Below are positions 26,797 to 38,200 of a stretch of 51,984 nt of DNA, one piece after another. Positions within the stretch are counted from its first letter, which is position 1. Every line of letters starts with the position of its first letter. The translations under genes and the position numbers were made by a program. The DNA is from a bacterium (lineage in GTDB: Bacteria; Patescibacteriota; Minisyncoccia; Phycocordibacterales; Phycocordibacteraceae), in assembly GCA_021784815.1 (NCBI GenBank), contig JAJYHK010000016.1, forward strand, positions 1 to 51,984. The letters run 5' to 3'. The notes under the pieces are model-generated. The model was not told the origin of the DNA. It worked only from the letters and a program-made list of their open reading frames with translations, and made no database searches.

Positions 26797-28680
26797 ATGC
26801 TGCGGAGCAACGAAGACGACACTGGATTCCTTGAGCGTGCGCGCCAAAAGCTCTATGCGCGCACGGTGTCTATTCCGGAAGAGCATGCGGACCTGTCGCC
26901 TGCCGGACGGCGTGCGCTCCCGCACGCATGGCAGGATGAGCCGCTTCCGGTGGTGCACCACCGAGGTCGGCGCAAGGTGCGTCTCGCCGTGGCCTTCCTC
27001 ATTGTGTCGATCGTCTTCTTTTTGGTTGCTGCCGGTATCGCGGGCTATTTCTTCTATTTTGGCGGCGACACGGTTTCGATTAGCCGCATCGACCTCGCGA
27101 TGCAGGGCCCGACCACCATTGCGGGCGGTGATACACTGCCGCTCTCGCTCACCATTACTAACCGCAATCCCGCCGAGCTGCAGAATGCGACGCTTGAGAT
27201 CGATTTTCCGCCCGGTACGAGGAGTGCAACCGATGTGACGCAGCCGTACACCCACGACGTCCTCCAGCTCGGCACCCTCGCGAGCGGCGGGTCTCTCGAC
27301 GAGAGCGTGCGAGCGGTCCTGTTCGGTTCGGTCGGACAGAACCTCTCCATTCCGGTCATCCTTACCTATGGCATCCCGGGTTCGAACGCCACCTTCGTTA
27401 AGAAGACCTCGTACACGGTTTCCATCTCGTCGACGCCGCTCTCGGTTTCGGTCGACACACTCTCAGAAACCACCGCAGGCGCGCCGCTCACGCTCACACT
27501 CACTGTCCGTTCGAATACGAACGTGCCGCTCAATAATGTTGTTCTTAACGCCGCGCTGCCGTTCGGGTTCTCGGTCGCGAGCTCGTCGCTGCCGATGAGC
27601 GGCTCGAGCTTCCTCTTGGGCACCTTCCAGCCGGGGGCGAGCAAGACGATTACCCTTGCGGGGACTCTCATGGGGCAGGATCAGACCCAAAGCACGTTCC
27701 ATTTTACCGTGGGGACGTCGAATACGCCGGGAGATGCGACCATGGCCGTGAGCTACATGACGCAGGACGCGACGGTCACCATCGCGGCGCCTTTCATTAA
27801 CACATCGATCGCGGTTAATGGCGATTCCTCTGGCACCGAAACGCTCTCGCCGAATGCTGCTCAGAGCGTGTCGGTCTCCTACACGAACACGCTCTCGACG
27901 ACCGTCACGAATCCAGTAATTTCCGTGGCGCTCTCCGGTTCCGCGATCGACTACAACAGCGTGCAGACCTCAAACGGTTTCTACGACTCAACGACCCACA
28001 CAATTACGTTCAGCAACACGACCGATCCGTCGCTCAGCTCGCTTGCGCCGGCCGCCTCGGGGCAAGGATCGTTCACCTTCAACACGCTCCCCGCGAGCTC
28101 ATATGGGGCTTCGCCCTCGGTGACGTTCACGACCTCGGTTTCGGGCACGCGCGTCGGGCAGTCGAACGTGCCGGAGCAGGTCACGGCGAATCAAACGCAA
28201 ACGCTCAAGGTCGCGACGGCGGTCATGCTCTCGCAGGACACGCTCTACGCGAGTGGCCCGGTCGCCAATACGGGGCCGGTGGTGCCTTCGGCAGGACAAC
28301 AGACCACGTACACGATTCGCCTATCCGCACAGGACTCGGGCGCGCCGATTGCCGGCGGCACCGCGACGCTCACACTCCCGGTGTACGTCTCGTTTACGGG
28401 GAAGACGAGCGGCTCCGGTTCGATCACCTATAACAGCGCATCGCGCACGGTGACCTGGGATGCGGGCGACATACCGCAGGGCACGACCGCGCAGGCGTAC
28501 TTCCAAGTCGCGATTACGCCGTCGACCTCGCAGAAGGGATCTGCGCCGGCGCTCACCTCAAGCGGTTCCTTCTCGGCGTATGACCGCTTCGCCGGCGTGC
28601 AGGTTTCGGCCTCGGCGAATCCGGCGACGACCGCTGAGGTCGATTATGCGCCGGCAAACCAGGGCGGCGAGGTGCAGTAG
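26797..28680 (+). CDS. Membrane-anchored Ser/Thr-rich protein with repeated Ig-like (DUF11-like) domains
   Basis: Single N-terminal TM segment, then beta-rich repeats. Confidence 0.8.
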   Translation: MLRSNEDDTGFLERARQKLYARTVSIPEEHADLSPAGRRALPHAWQDEPLPVVHHRGRRKVRLAVAFLIVSIVFFLVAAGIAGYFFYFGGDTVSISRIDLAMQGPTTIAGGDTLPLSLTITNRNPAELQNATLEIDFPPGTRSATDVTQPYTHDVLQLGTLASGGSLDESVRAVLFGSVGQNLSIPVILTYGIPGSNATFVKKTSYTVSISSTPLSVSVDTLSETTAGAPLTLTLTVRSNTNVPLNNVVLNAALPFGFSVASSSLPMSGSSFLLGTFQPGASKTITLAGTLMGQDQTQSTFHFTVGTSNTPGDATMAVSYMTQDATVTIAAPFINTSIAVNGDSSGTETLSPNAAQSVSVSYTNTLSTTVTNPVISVALSGSAIDYNSVQTSNGFYDSTTHTITFSNTTDPSLSSLAPAASGQGSFTFNTLPASSYGASPSVTFTTSVSGTRVGQSNVPEQVTANQTQTLKVATAVMLSQDTLYASGPVANTGPVVPSAGQQTTYTIRLSAQDSGAPIAGGTATLTLPVYVSFTGKTSGSGSITYNSASRTVTWDAGDIPQGTTAQAYFQVAITPSTSQKGSAPALTSSGSFSAYDRFAGVQVSASANPATTAEVDYAPANQGGEVQ

Positions 28681-28791
28681 CGGAGCTCCTTGGGAAGCGC
28701 AAACTGCTTCGTTGCGCCGTATCTATTTTGCACGAAGCCGAGCGTCCGCCGCTTGCAATTGCGTGCCCGGTGCCGCACTCTGAAGAGCATC

Positions 28792-30129
28792 ATGGCTGAA
28801 CCAGGACTGATGGAGAAAATCGTGTCGCTCGGTAAGCGGCGGGGGTTCATATTTCCGGGCTCGGAGATCTACGGCGGCCTCGCTGGGACCTTTGACTATG
28901 GCCCCATGGGCGTATTGCTCAAGGAGAACATCCAGCAACTCTGGCTCGCGCTCTTTCGTGATAGCCGCGATGACATGTACGGAGTCGATGCTGCCATCCT
29001 CATGAACCCGAAGGTCTGGGAATCATCGGGGCACGTCGCTGGTTTTTCCGATCCGCTCGTGGGGTGTGAGAAATGCAAGCGCCGTTTCCGCGCGGATCAC
29101 CTCGACGATCCGCGCCGCTGTCCGACGTGCGGGGGTACGCTCTCGGAGCCCCGCGCGTTCAATATGATGTTCAAGACGCACGCGGGCGCGATGGAGGACG
29201 AATCGGCGATCGTGTACCTGCGTCCGGAAACGGCGGGTGGTATTTTCGTGAACTACAAGAACGTTGTGGATTCGATCCATCCGAAACTGCCGTTCGGCAT
29301 CGCGCAGATCGGGAAGGCATTCCGCAATGAGATCGCGCCGCGCGACTTCATTTTCCGGCTCCGCGAGCTCTCGCAAATGGAGGTCGAGTACTTCGTGAGG
29401 CCCCCCGAGTGGGAAGCGGCATTTGATGCATGGCGCGCGACCATGCATGCGTATGCGGATGCGCTCGGATTGCCCAGAGATGCCGTACACGAATTCGAGG
29501 TGCCGGCCGAGGATCGCGCCCATTACAGCAAACGCACCATCGATTTCGAATTCGATTATCCCTTCGGCCGCAAGGAGCTTTGGGGACTCGCATACCGCAC
29601 CGACTTCGACCTTTCGGCGCACCAGCGTGGCTCCGGCGTTTCGCTCGAGTACCTCGAAGACGAAACGAAAGAGAAATTTATTCCGCACGTCATCGAGCCG
29701 TCGCTCGGCGTCGATCGCACGGTCCTTGCGGTGCTTGTAAGCGCGTATCGCGAAGACGAGCTGGGCGGAGAGACGCGCGCATACCTTGCGCTCTCGCCCC
29801 GCATCGCGCCGGTGAAAGCGATGGTGTCGCCGCTCTTGAAAAACAAGCCCGAACTCGTCGCAAAGGCGCGCGCGGTGTATGCGGCGCTCAAGCGGGAGGT
29901 GCCGCAGGTTGCTTGGGACGACAACGGCAACATCGGCAAGCGCTACCGCCGCCAGGACGAGATCGGCACGCCGTTTTGCCTCACGATCGATTTCGATACG
30001 CTCGGCCAGGAGAATCAAACAGCGCCATGGCTTACAGACACGGTCACCCTGCGCGACCGCGACAGCGGCGCTCAGGAACGTCTCCCCATTACCGATGCCG
30101 TTGCGCGCGTGAAAGAAGCGATACGATAG
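28792..30129 (+). CDS. glyS: Glycine--tRNA ligase, alpha2 (archaeal/eukaryal-type) form
   Basis: KRRGFIF, YLRPETA, AQIGKAFRNEI, PHVIEPS and IGKRYRRQDEIGTP. Confidence 0.96.
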   Translation: MAEPGLMEKIVSLGKRRGFIFPGSEIYGGLAGTFDYGPMGVLLKENIQQLWLALFRDSRDDMYGVDAAILMNPKVWESSGHVAGFSDPLVGCEKCKRRFRADHLDDPRRCPTCGGTLSEPRAFNMMFKTHAGAMEDESAIVYLRPETAGGIFVNYKNVVDSIHPKLPFGIAQIGKAFRNEIAPRDFIFRLRELSQMEVEYFVRPPEWEAAFDAWRATMHAYADALGLPRDAVHEFEVPAEDRAHYSKRTIDFEFDYPFGRKELWGLAYRTDFDLSAHQRGSGVSLEYLEDETKEKFIPHVIEPSLGVDRTVLAVLVSAYREDELGGETRAYLALSPRIAPVKAMVSPLLKNKPELVAKARAVYAALKREVPQVAWDDNGNIGKRYRRQDEIGTPFCLTIDFDTLGQENQTAPWLTDTVTLRDRDSGAQERLPITDAVARVKEAIR

Positions 30130-30277
30130 ATATAGAGATTCGATGCGCACGCAAGCGCCCCGATCCCCTTGCGGAACCGAGCGGCAATAGAAGCGGACGT
30201 TGTCTGCCGGCTACCCTCCTGCAAGGGAGGCCAGGATTCTTTTTGGGCGCCTATGAGACGCGTGCTACTATGCCGCC

Positions 30278-31348
30278 ATGGAAAAAGAGATCCGCGTGTC
30301 CGTCACGCCGCGCACGATACTCGCGGTTGCGCTCATCGCGGGCGGCGCCTACCTGCTCTGGCTTTTGCGCGATCTTACGCTCCTTGTGCTCACGGCGATC
30401 GTTATTGCATCGGCGATCGAGCCGGGTATCGCGTTTTTCATGCGTCGCGGCCTTCCACGCTTTCTTGCGACGCTCGCCATGTACCTGTTCGTATTCGGGT
30501 CAGTGTTTGCGCTCGTGTACTTTTTCTTTCCGCCGATCATCGCAGACATGGTGAGCGCCATCGCAGCACTGCCGCAGTTCCTTAGTTCGCTCAATGTCCC
30601 GGAGTCGCTGCGCAATCTTACCAATCTCTCGACGATCGGCGGCGCGAACGTCCAGCACGAGAGTTTCTTTCAAACGCTCCTCGCACTCCAGGGAGCGTTT
30701 TCGGCGGCATCCGGCGGCGTGGTGCAGTTCGTCGCGGCCTTCTTTGGCGGCATCCTCTCGTTTGTCCTCGTTGTCGTCCTTTCGTTCTACTTCGCGCTCC
30801 AGGACACTGGCGTCGATGATTTCCTCCGTCTCGTCACGCCGGCAGAGTATGAAGAATATGCCGTCGATCTCTGGCGCCGATCGCAAAAGAAGATCGGCCT
30901 CTGGATGCAGGGGCAAATTCTGCTCTCTGTCATCATCGGCGTGCTCGTGTATCTCGGGCTGCTCATCATCGGCGTGCCGTACGCGCTCTTGCTCGCGATT
31001 TTCACTGCGCTTGCGGAAATCATTCCAATTTTCGGATCGCTCCTCTCGGGAGCCGCCGCGGCTTTCGTGGGTTACACCCAGGGCGGTCTCGCGCTCGCGG
31101 CGATCGTCGTGGGCCTCTACATTGTCGTAAATCAGTTCGAATCGAACCTCATCTATCCGCTTATCGTGAAGAAGGTCGTCGGCGTCCCGCCGCTCTTAGT
31201 TATCGTCGCGCTCATCGCCGGGTACACCATCGCCGGGTTCCTCGGCGTGCTGCTTTCGGTTCCGATGGCGGCGATCTTGCTCGAGCTCCTCTCTGATTAT
31301 TACAAGCGCAAACGCCGTCGCATCGCCCGCCACAGCTCAGCAGCCTAG
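30278..31348 (+). CDS. AI-2E family transporter
   Basis: Multi-TM; WMQGQ, EIIPIFG and QFESNLIYP. Confidence 0.9.
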   Translation: MEKEIRVSVTPRTILAVALIAGGAYLLWLLRDLTLLVLTAIVIASAIEPGIAFFMRRGLPRFLATLAMYLFVFGSVFALVYFFFPPIIADMVSAIAALPQFLSSLNVPESLRNLTNLSTIGGANVQHESFFQTLLALQGAFSAASGGVVQFVAAFFGGILSFVLVVVLSFYFALQDTGVDDFLRLVTPAEYEEYAVDLWRRSQKKIGLWMQGQILLSVIIGVLVYLGLLIIGVPYALLLAIFTALAEIIPIFGSLLSGAAAAFVGYTQGGLALAAIVVGLYIVVNQFESNLIYPLIVKKVVGVPPLLVIVALIAGYTIAGFLGVLLSVPMAAILLELLSDYYKRKRRRIARHSSAA

Positions 31349-31360
31349 CGTGTCTGTACT

Positions 31361-32809
31361 ATGCCCCGATTCATCTCTACGGCTATTCCGTACGTAAACG
31401 CACAACCCCACCTTGGCCACGCACTTGAATACGTGCAAGCCGACGCATATGCGCGCGCGCTGCGTCAGGCGGGCGAGGACGTGTTTTTCCTCACCGGTAC
31501 CGATGACAACGCGCTCAAGAACGTGCTCGCGGCGGAGAAAGTCGGGAAAGGGATTGCGGAGTATGTGGCGGAAAATGCCGAGCATTTCGTCGACCTCGAT
31601 CGCAAGCTCGATGTCGGCTATGACGATTTTATCCGCACCTCTTCCGATCCTCGCCACCGGCCGGGCGTAGAAAAGCTTTGGAAGGCAACCAAGAGCGAAG
31701 ACCTGTACAAAAAAAATTACCACGGCTACTACTGCGTCGGCTGCGAAGAATTCAAAACGGAGAAAGACCTCGTAAACAGCGAGTGCCCGGAACATCCTGG
31801 CCGAGCGCTTGAAGAAGTTGCAGAAGAGAACTACTTCTTCCGCCTCTCGGCGTACCAGGACCAGCTCCAAAGGCTTGTTGAGAGCGATATGCTGCGCATC
31901 GTGCCGGAAAGCCGCAAGAACGAAACCATTGCGTTTATCAAGGGCGGACTTGAAGACTTCAGCGTTTCGCGCTCTGCGCTGCGCGCGAAAGGGTGGGGGG
32001 TTCCCGTACCCGGAGATCCCGACCAATACCTCTATGTGTGGTACGACGCGCTTGCCAACTACATCACCGCATTGGATTACGCGAACGAGGGTGAGAAGTA
32101 TCAAATCTATTGGGCGGCAGCCGACGCGGTGAAGGTGCACATGATCGGCAAGGGTATCAACCGTTTCCACACGCTTTATTGGCCGGCGATGCTTCTGTCT
32201 GCGGGCGTGCCGCTGCCCTCGACAGTATTCGTGCATGGCTACATCACGAGCGGCGGACAGAAGATGAGCAAGACGTTGGGGAACGTGGTCGATCCGGCAA
32301 GCCTTATCGAACGCTATGGGAGCGAGGCGGTCCGGTATTTCCTGCTTCGGCACGGCAGCTCGACGGAGGATTTCGATATTACCGACGAGAAATGTCGCGA
32401 GTGGTACACCGCGCACCTTACGAACGGTCTCGGCAATCTCGTTGCGCGCGTGATGAAGCTCGCGGAAGAACATCTGCCGCACCCGATCGCGCTTACGGAA
32501 GCGGACGAGGTGTTCGATTCGGCGTTCCTCGAGAGAATCGAAGCGTTCCGCTTCAACGACGCGCTTGACTTCGTCTTTGAAAAGGTGGGGGCAGCCGATG
32601 CGCGCATGGCAGAGCAGAAGCCGTACGCGCTCATTAAGAGCGGCGATGCGGTCGAGCGCGAGGCCGCGCGCAAGGAGATCGAGGCGCTCGTGCACGAGCT
32701 TGCGGCGATCGCGACCCACCTCACGCCCGCCATGCCGCGCACGGCGGCGGCCATCCTCTCGGCGGTCCGCAAAAACGAGAAACCGGAAAACTTGTTTCCG
32801 CGGCTATGA
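31361..32809 (+). CDS. metG: Methionine--tRNA ligase (no C-terminal Trbp domain)
   Basis: IPYVNAQPHLGH, YVWYDAL, KMSKTLGN and C-terminal LFPRL. Confidence 0.96.
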   Translation: MPRFISTAIPYVNAQPHLGHALEYVQADAYARALRQAGEDVFFLTGTDDNALKNVLAAEKVGKGIAEYVAENAEHFVDLDRKLDVGYDDFIRTSSDPRHRPGVEKLWKATKSEDLYKKNYHGYYCVGCEEFKTEKDLVNSECPEHPGRALEEVAEENYFFRLSAYQDQLQRLVESDMLRIVPESRKNETIAFIKGGLEDFSVSRSALRAKGWGVPVPGDPDQYLYVWYDALANYITALDYANEGEKYQIYWAAADAVKVHMIGKGINRFHTLYWPAMLLSAGVPLPSTVFVHGYITSGGQKMSKTLGNVVDPASLIERYGSEAVRYFLLRHGSSTEDFDITDEKCREWYTAHLTNGLGNLVARVMKLAEEHLPHPIALTEADEVFDSAFLERIEAFRFNDALDFVFEKVGAADARMAEQKPYALIKSGDAVEREAARKEIEALVHELAAIATHLTPAMPRTAAAILSAVRKNEKPENLFPRL

Positions 32810-33027
32810 TGAAATACGTCGTGAGCGATCAAGATGAGGTCGCGATCGGTCGCGGCGTGTTCCATAAAGACCTCGCACGCGGGTTTAAGGGCCGGGTGAT
32901 TGCGGCGGGCTACTGCGCGATCGACGCTGCGAACGTTGCGGTGTCGGGCAAGAGCGAGGGTTTCGGCATTGCGGCGCAGCCCGAGGACGCAGTTCGTCTG
33001 GAAAAGCTCCTCAGAAAGTCGCACTAG
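32806..33027 (+). CDS. Small hypothetical protein
   Basis: ATGA overlap with metG; stop 8 nt before tatD. Confidence 0.6.
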   Translation: MMKYVVSDQDEVAIGRGVFHKDLARGFKGRVIAAGYCAIDAANVAVSGKSEGFGIAAQPEDAVRLEKLLRKSH

Positions 33028-33035
33028 TCCTGCGT

Positions 33036-33839
33036 ATGGACATCCGCTTTTTCGATGCGCACTGCCATTTGCAGCTTGATGCGTACAAGGAAGATCGTGA
33101 GGCGATTGTCGAGCAGATGCGCGCGCGCGGCATCGGGGCGATTGTTGTGGGCGTGGATTATCAGACCTCGTTTGCGGCGGTAGAACTCGCGCGCGAGCAC
33201 AAGCATCTGTATGCCTCAATTGGCCTGCATCCCAATCATACGGATGAAGTATTCGATCAAGCTCGGTATCGCGCGCTCGTACAAGACCCGAACGTCGTTG
33301 CGGTGGGAGAATGCGGGCTTGACTTTTTCAGGCCCGAGAAACTGGATGAATCCGTAAAGGCGGCGCAAAAGGAACTGTTTCGTGCGCAGATGGCGCTCGC
33401 CGCCGAGGCCGACAAGCCGCTTATTATCCACGCGCGGCCAAGCAGAGGGACGTTCGATGCGTATGACGATCTCATCGCGCTTGTGCGGGAAGCGCAGGCC
33501 GCGCACGGTGCAGCCGTGCGCGGCGACGTTCATTTCTTCGTCGGAGCGCCGGAACAGGCGCGAGAGCTTGCGGCGCTCGGATTTACCATTTCGTTTACCG
33601 CCGTCATTACCTTTGCGCGCGATTACGATGCGGCGATCCGCGGCGTGCCGCTCGCAAGCATTCTCGCCGAAACCGATGCGCCCTACGTGGCGCCCGCAAG
33701 CCGCCGCAGCGCGCGTAACGACCCGCTCGCGGTCGAAGAAGTAGCGGCAAAGATCGCCGACATCAGGGGCGAAGATCCTGAAGAAGTCCGGACAGCTCTC
33801 GTGGCCAACACGCGCCTGCTTTTCTCTCTGCCGGCGTAG
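33036..33839 (+). CDS. tatD: TatD-family deoxyribonuclease
   Basis: DAHCH, IGLHP, VGECGLD and ETDAPY. Confidence 0.95.
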   Translation: MDIRFFDAHCHLQLDAYKEDREAIVEQMRARGIGAIVVGVDYQTSFAAVELAREHKHLYASIGLHPNHTDEVFDQARYRALVQDPNVVAVGECGLDFFRPEKLDESVKAAQKELFRAQMALAAEADKPLIIHARPSRGTFDAYDDLIALVREAQAAHGAAVRGDVHFFVGAPEQARELAALGFTISFTAVITFARDYDAAIRGVPLASILAETDAPYVAPASRRSARNDPLAVEEVAAKIADIRGEDPEEVRTALVANTRLLFSLPA

Positions 33840-33898
33840 CAAACCTGCCCTGACGGTGCCTTGCAGCTGCGTATAAAGCGTGCTAGTATGCGCATACT

Positions 33899-34372
33899 AT
33901 GGCGAGAAAAGGCGAAGAGACGCGCGATCAGGACGAACTTGGGGCGGGCGAGCTGCGCGTATACGAACTGGGCTTTCATATTGACCCAGAGCTTCCGGCC
34001 GAGGAGATAAAGAAGGCTTATCAGGACATCCGTAAGGCGATTAGCGGGAAGGGCAGCGTGGTTGCTGAAGGGGAGCCATTCGTGGTGCAGCTTGCGTATA
34101 CGATTTCTCGCCAGGAGCCGGCTGGTCGCCGCGATTTCAATTCCGCTTATTTCGCCTGGATTGCATACGAAATGGCCGCGGCAGATCACGATGAAATCCT
34201 CTCTGCCACAAACGCCGACAAGCGCATTTTCCGCTTCATCGACGTGCTCACGACCAAGGACGCCGTGCGCCATGCTGCAGAGATGCGGGAAATTGCACTC
34301 AAAGCGCCCGCCGCGGCGCGCGAGGAGGACGACGACGAAGTCGAGGCTAACCTCGAGACCGCAGCTGCCTAG
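33899..34372 (+). CDS. rpsF: 30S ribosomal protein S6
   Basis: YELGFHI and LAYTI; conserved rpsF-ssb-rpsR order. Confidence 0.85.
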   Translation: MARKGEETRDQDELGAGELRVYELGFHIDPELPAEEIKKAYQDIRKAISGKGSVVAEGEPFVVQLAYTISRQEPAGRRDFNSAYFAWIAYEMAAADHDEILSATNADKRIFRFIDVLTTKDAVRHAAEMREIALKAPAAAREEDDDEVEANLETAAA

Positions 34373-34375
34373 TTT

Positions 34376-34828
34376 ATGTATCTCAACAAAGCGCTTCTCT
34401 ATGGCAACCTTACGCGCGACCCCGAGTTGCGCGCGCTGCCGTCGGGACAGCAGGTTGCCTCGTTTGGCCTCGCGACCAACAGGAGTTACAAGGATCGCAA
34501 TGGACAGAAGCAGGAGGCGACTGAGTTCCATAATGTTGTCGCCTTTGGGCGTCCGGCCGAGATTATCGCGCAGTACATGAAAAAAGGCCGCCCGATCTAC
34601 ATCGAAGGCCGCATCCAGACGCGCAGCTGGGACGACAAGGATTCCGGTAAGAAAAATTACCGCACGGAGATCGTCGTAGAGAACTTTCAGTTCGGCGATG
34701 GCGGTGGCGCGGGCGGCTCCCGCGGCGCGGGCGAGGCCGCGCCGGCGGCAGCAAGCGCACCGGCTCACGAGCCGCAAGACATCCAGTATCCGGATGAGGA
34801 AATTAATCCTGAAGACATTCCATTTTAG
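34376..34828 (+). CDS. ssb: Single-stranded DNA-binding protein
   Basis: LNKALLYGNLTRDPE, IEGRIQTRSW and C-terminal EDIPF. Confidence 0.97.
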   Translation: MYLNKALLYGNLTRDPELRALPSGQQVASFGLATNRSYKDRNGQKQEATEFHNVVAFGRPAEIIAQYMKKGRPIYIEGRIQTRSWDDKDSGKKNYRTEIVVENFQFGDGGGAGGSRGAGEAAPAAASAPAHEPQDIQYPDEEINPEDIPF

Positions 34829-34862
34829 CTAATTATCCGCAGCAGCCAGTAACCTTTGCATC

Positions 34863-35069
34863 ATGGCCCATCAATCCGAGCGTGAGGAGATCGAGATCAA
34901 GAAATATATCGACTACAAGGATATCGCGTACCTGAAGCAGTTCACGAACGCGCACGCGAAGATCCTGTCAAAGAAGCGCACGAACATTCCGGCGCTCAAA
35001 CAGCGCGAAGTCACGAACGCGATCAAGCGCGCGCGCTACATGGGCTTTTTACCCTACGTGGCAGCGTAA
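34863..35069 (+). CDS. rpsR: 30S ribosomal protein S18
   Basis: IDYKD, QREVTNAIKRAR and LPYV. Confidence 0.95.
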   Translation: MAHQSEREEIEIKKYIDYKDIAYLKQFTNAHAKILSKKRTNIPALKQREVTNAIKRARYMGFLPYVAA

Positions 35070-35090
35070 ATAAACCACACGAACAAAACG

Positions 35091-35120
35091 AACGGCCGAT
35101 TCTCCGGAATCGGCCGTTTC
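35091..35120 (+). terminator. Terminator after rpsR
   Basis: AACGGCCGATTC-TCCG-GAATCGGCCGTT. Confidence 0.75.
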
Positions 35121-35204
35121 GCGTTTTCCCCAGTTCTCAGTGGACCGGGGCGAGCGAGTGTGCCTTCATGCTACGCTCGCAGGTGTAAGCTTGGTCTCGC
35201 AATT

Positions 35205-38200
35205 ATGTATAAAAAAATAGTCCTTGTCTGTACTGTACTCGCATTTTCGGTGCCGTTTGCTGCTTCGGCAGCCCTAAGCCAAGACCAGATTTCAGCGATT
35301 CTGTCCATCTTGCGCGCGTTCGGTGTAAGCCAGAGTGTCATGGCGAATGTCGAAGCGGCGCTGAATGGCCAGCCGGGAAATGGGGGAACGGGCCAGACGT
35401 GCCTCGATCTCAGTTATAACCTGTACGCAGGACAAACCGATAACAGCACCGAAGGTGAAGTCTCCAAGCTACAGCAGTTCTTGGGTGTGATACCGACCGG
35501 TTACTTCGGGCCGCTGACCGAGCAGGCGGTGGAGCGGTATCAATCGAGCCACGGCATCGTCTCCTCGGGGTCTCCAGATACGACTGGGTACGGATTTGTC
35601 GGACCTCAGACGCGCACCGCGATGGCGTGCGCTTCTCCAAGCGATCAAAACAATAACCAAAATCAGCCGACACAGCCGACCGTCACTCTTACCGCCTCGC
35701 CTGCAGTCATTACCGCAGGGCAGTCGACGACGCTCGCCTGGAGTTCGACAAACGCGACCTCGTGCACCGGCACCGGCTTTTCTGCGAGCGGCACCTCGGG
35801 CTCCGTGTCCGTGTCGCCGTCGGCGAACACAACCTACTCCATGTCCTGCTCTGGGGCGGGCGGCTCGGCACAGGCGCGCGCAGCTGTGATAGTAACCACC
35901 GAAAGCACGCAGCCCGGCATCGTCAACAACCCTATCACCGATGTCCGGCATATCATCCCGGCCTTCAACCCGGCGCTCGACGCCGTGCAGGCCCCGAGCG
36001 GTTTCGGCACGGGACAGATCTGGCACGTCGGCCCGACTGAGCAGTACAAGAGCTTCGGCGCTATCGCGGGTCAGCTTAAGGATGGCGATATTGTAGAGAT
36101 TGACGCGGCCACCTATAAATGCGGCACCGACCAAAGTATCGTCTGGTACGCCAAGTACATTACGGTCGTGGGCGTCGGCGGTCGGCCGGTCTTCGATGCT
36201 TCCGGCTGCGACCTTTCGGGAGACAAGGGCATCTTTAATCCGCGCGGCGACAACTATATCATCGCGAACATTGAGTTCATGGGCGCGCACGGCCCGAGCG
36301 GCAATGACGCCGGTATCCGCTCCGATATGGGCGGCTACGTCTATCTCACGGACGACTACTTCCACGACAACCAGAATGGCCTACTCTTCACGCCAGGCGA
36401 CGGAGCGACGACCAACCTCGTGATCGACCACAGCGAATTCAACCATAACGGTAGCGGTTCCGGGTATACCCACAACATATACGTCAGTCTCGAACCGCAC
36501 AGCTTCGTTTTGCGCTTCAGTTACTCGCACGATGCAGTCGTGGGTCACGAGGTAAAGTCGCGCGCTGACAACAACTATATCCTCTACAACCGCATCGCCG
36601 ACGAATCAAGCGGCACCGCAAGCTACGACATCGACCTGCCGCAAGGCGGCCTCTCTTACATCATCGGCAATGTCATCCAAAAGAGCCCGCAGGCTCAGAA
36701 CGGCTCGAACATCACCTTCTCCGTCGAGGCCCCGATCGCGCACACCAACCCCATCCAGGAGATCTATATCGTCAACAACACGATCGTGAATGAGGACAGC
36801 ACCCCGAGCTACCGCCACGCGCTCTTCATCACAGACAACGGTCTTACCGCCGCGCGGTTCGTTAATAACCTCGTGGTCGGAATCCCGCAAAGCCAGCTCT
36901 TCACGGGCACGGGCGCGGCGAAGGTTCAAGCGTCGAACAACGTCGTCACCGATACGCCAGGCTTCTATGACGAAGCAAACCGCATCTACCTACTCACTGC
37001 GAACTCGCCGGCGGTAAATGCGGGGATCGATCCGGGCACGGCGCGCGGCTTTTCGCTCGCGCCGCAGTACGAATTTGCGCTGCCGCACGACGGGATACCA
37101 CGGCCCGTCTCAGGCGCGCTTGACGCCGGCGCCTACGAGTACGTCGCGGGCCAGACGGTTACGCCCGCACCGACCGTCACCTTCACCGCGGCGCAGACCA
37201 GCATTGCCTTCAACACGCCCGCGACGCTCACCTGGAGCACGACGAACGCTACCTACTGCACCGCAGAAGGCTCGTGGCAGGGTTCGCAGGCGACGAGCGG
37301 GAGCTACACGAGCCCTGCGCTCACCTCGAACGCGACCTTTGCGCTCTCATGCACCGGCCCGAGCGGCACGGTGAGCGCAGCGCCGATAACCATCACGGTG
37401 AACGACTCGGCGCAAGCACAAGCGCTCGGCACGTATACTTGGAAAGATATTTCGAATTCGGCATTGGTGAGCCAGTGTCCGGACCCCTCGAAATTCCCGG
37501 GCATTAGCGGGTCGGAAGGATGCGTCGGCGACCTGGGTATGACCACCGGCGTCTACGTGCCCGACACGAATAGCGTGTACTTCATGGGCGGTTCTGAAAG
37601 CTACCACTACTACGGGAACGAGGTCTACGCCTTCAATCTCAATACCATGCAGCCGGAGCGGGTGACCGATCCGACCATTCCTGCCGATACGACCGAGTAC
37701 TTCGACAACTCCGCGAACATCTACACGCCGCCGTATACGCTCGCTGCGTGTTCGCGCGCGCTGAATCTTAAGGACGGATCTATTGCGCGCGCGGTCGACG
37801 GCGTCGTTGGCGAGGCCGCGTGGGATCCGATCATCAAGAAGATCGTCGTTGGCCCGGGCGGATATCAGCGCCAGACGGGCTGCACGAACCAAGGAGGCAA
37901 TGCAACCGACCTGTGGACCTTCGACCCGTTTACGAAGACGTGGGCACAGGTCGCGCCGCCGGATCTCGCATTCCAGACCGTGAGCAACGTGCCGTTCTTT
38001 GTTGATCCGGTAACTGGCCTCGCGTACAGCGGCGGCGGCAACCGCAACGTCTCGCCGGTAGGAGCCTATCTCATCGACCTCTCGTCGACCTCGCCGACCA
38101 AGGCCATAGTCGACAACACTTGGCCGTTCTCCGCGACCGGCGCGGTTGCGGTCGACACGACGCACCACTACGCGCTCCAACTCATACAAGGCTCGCCAGG

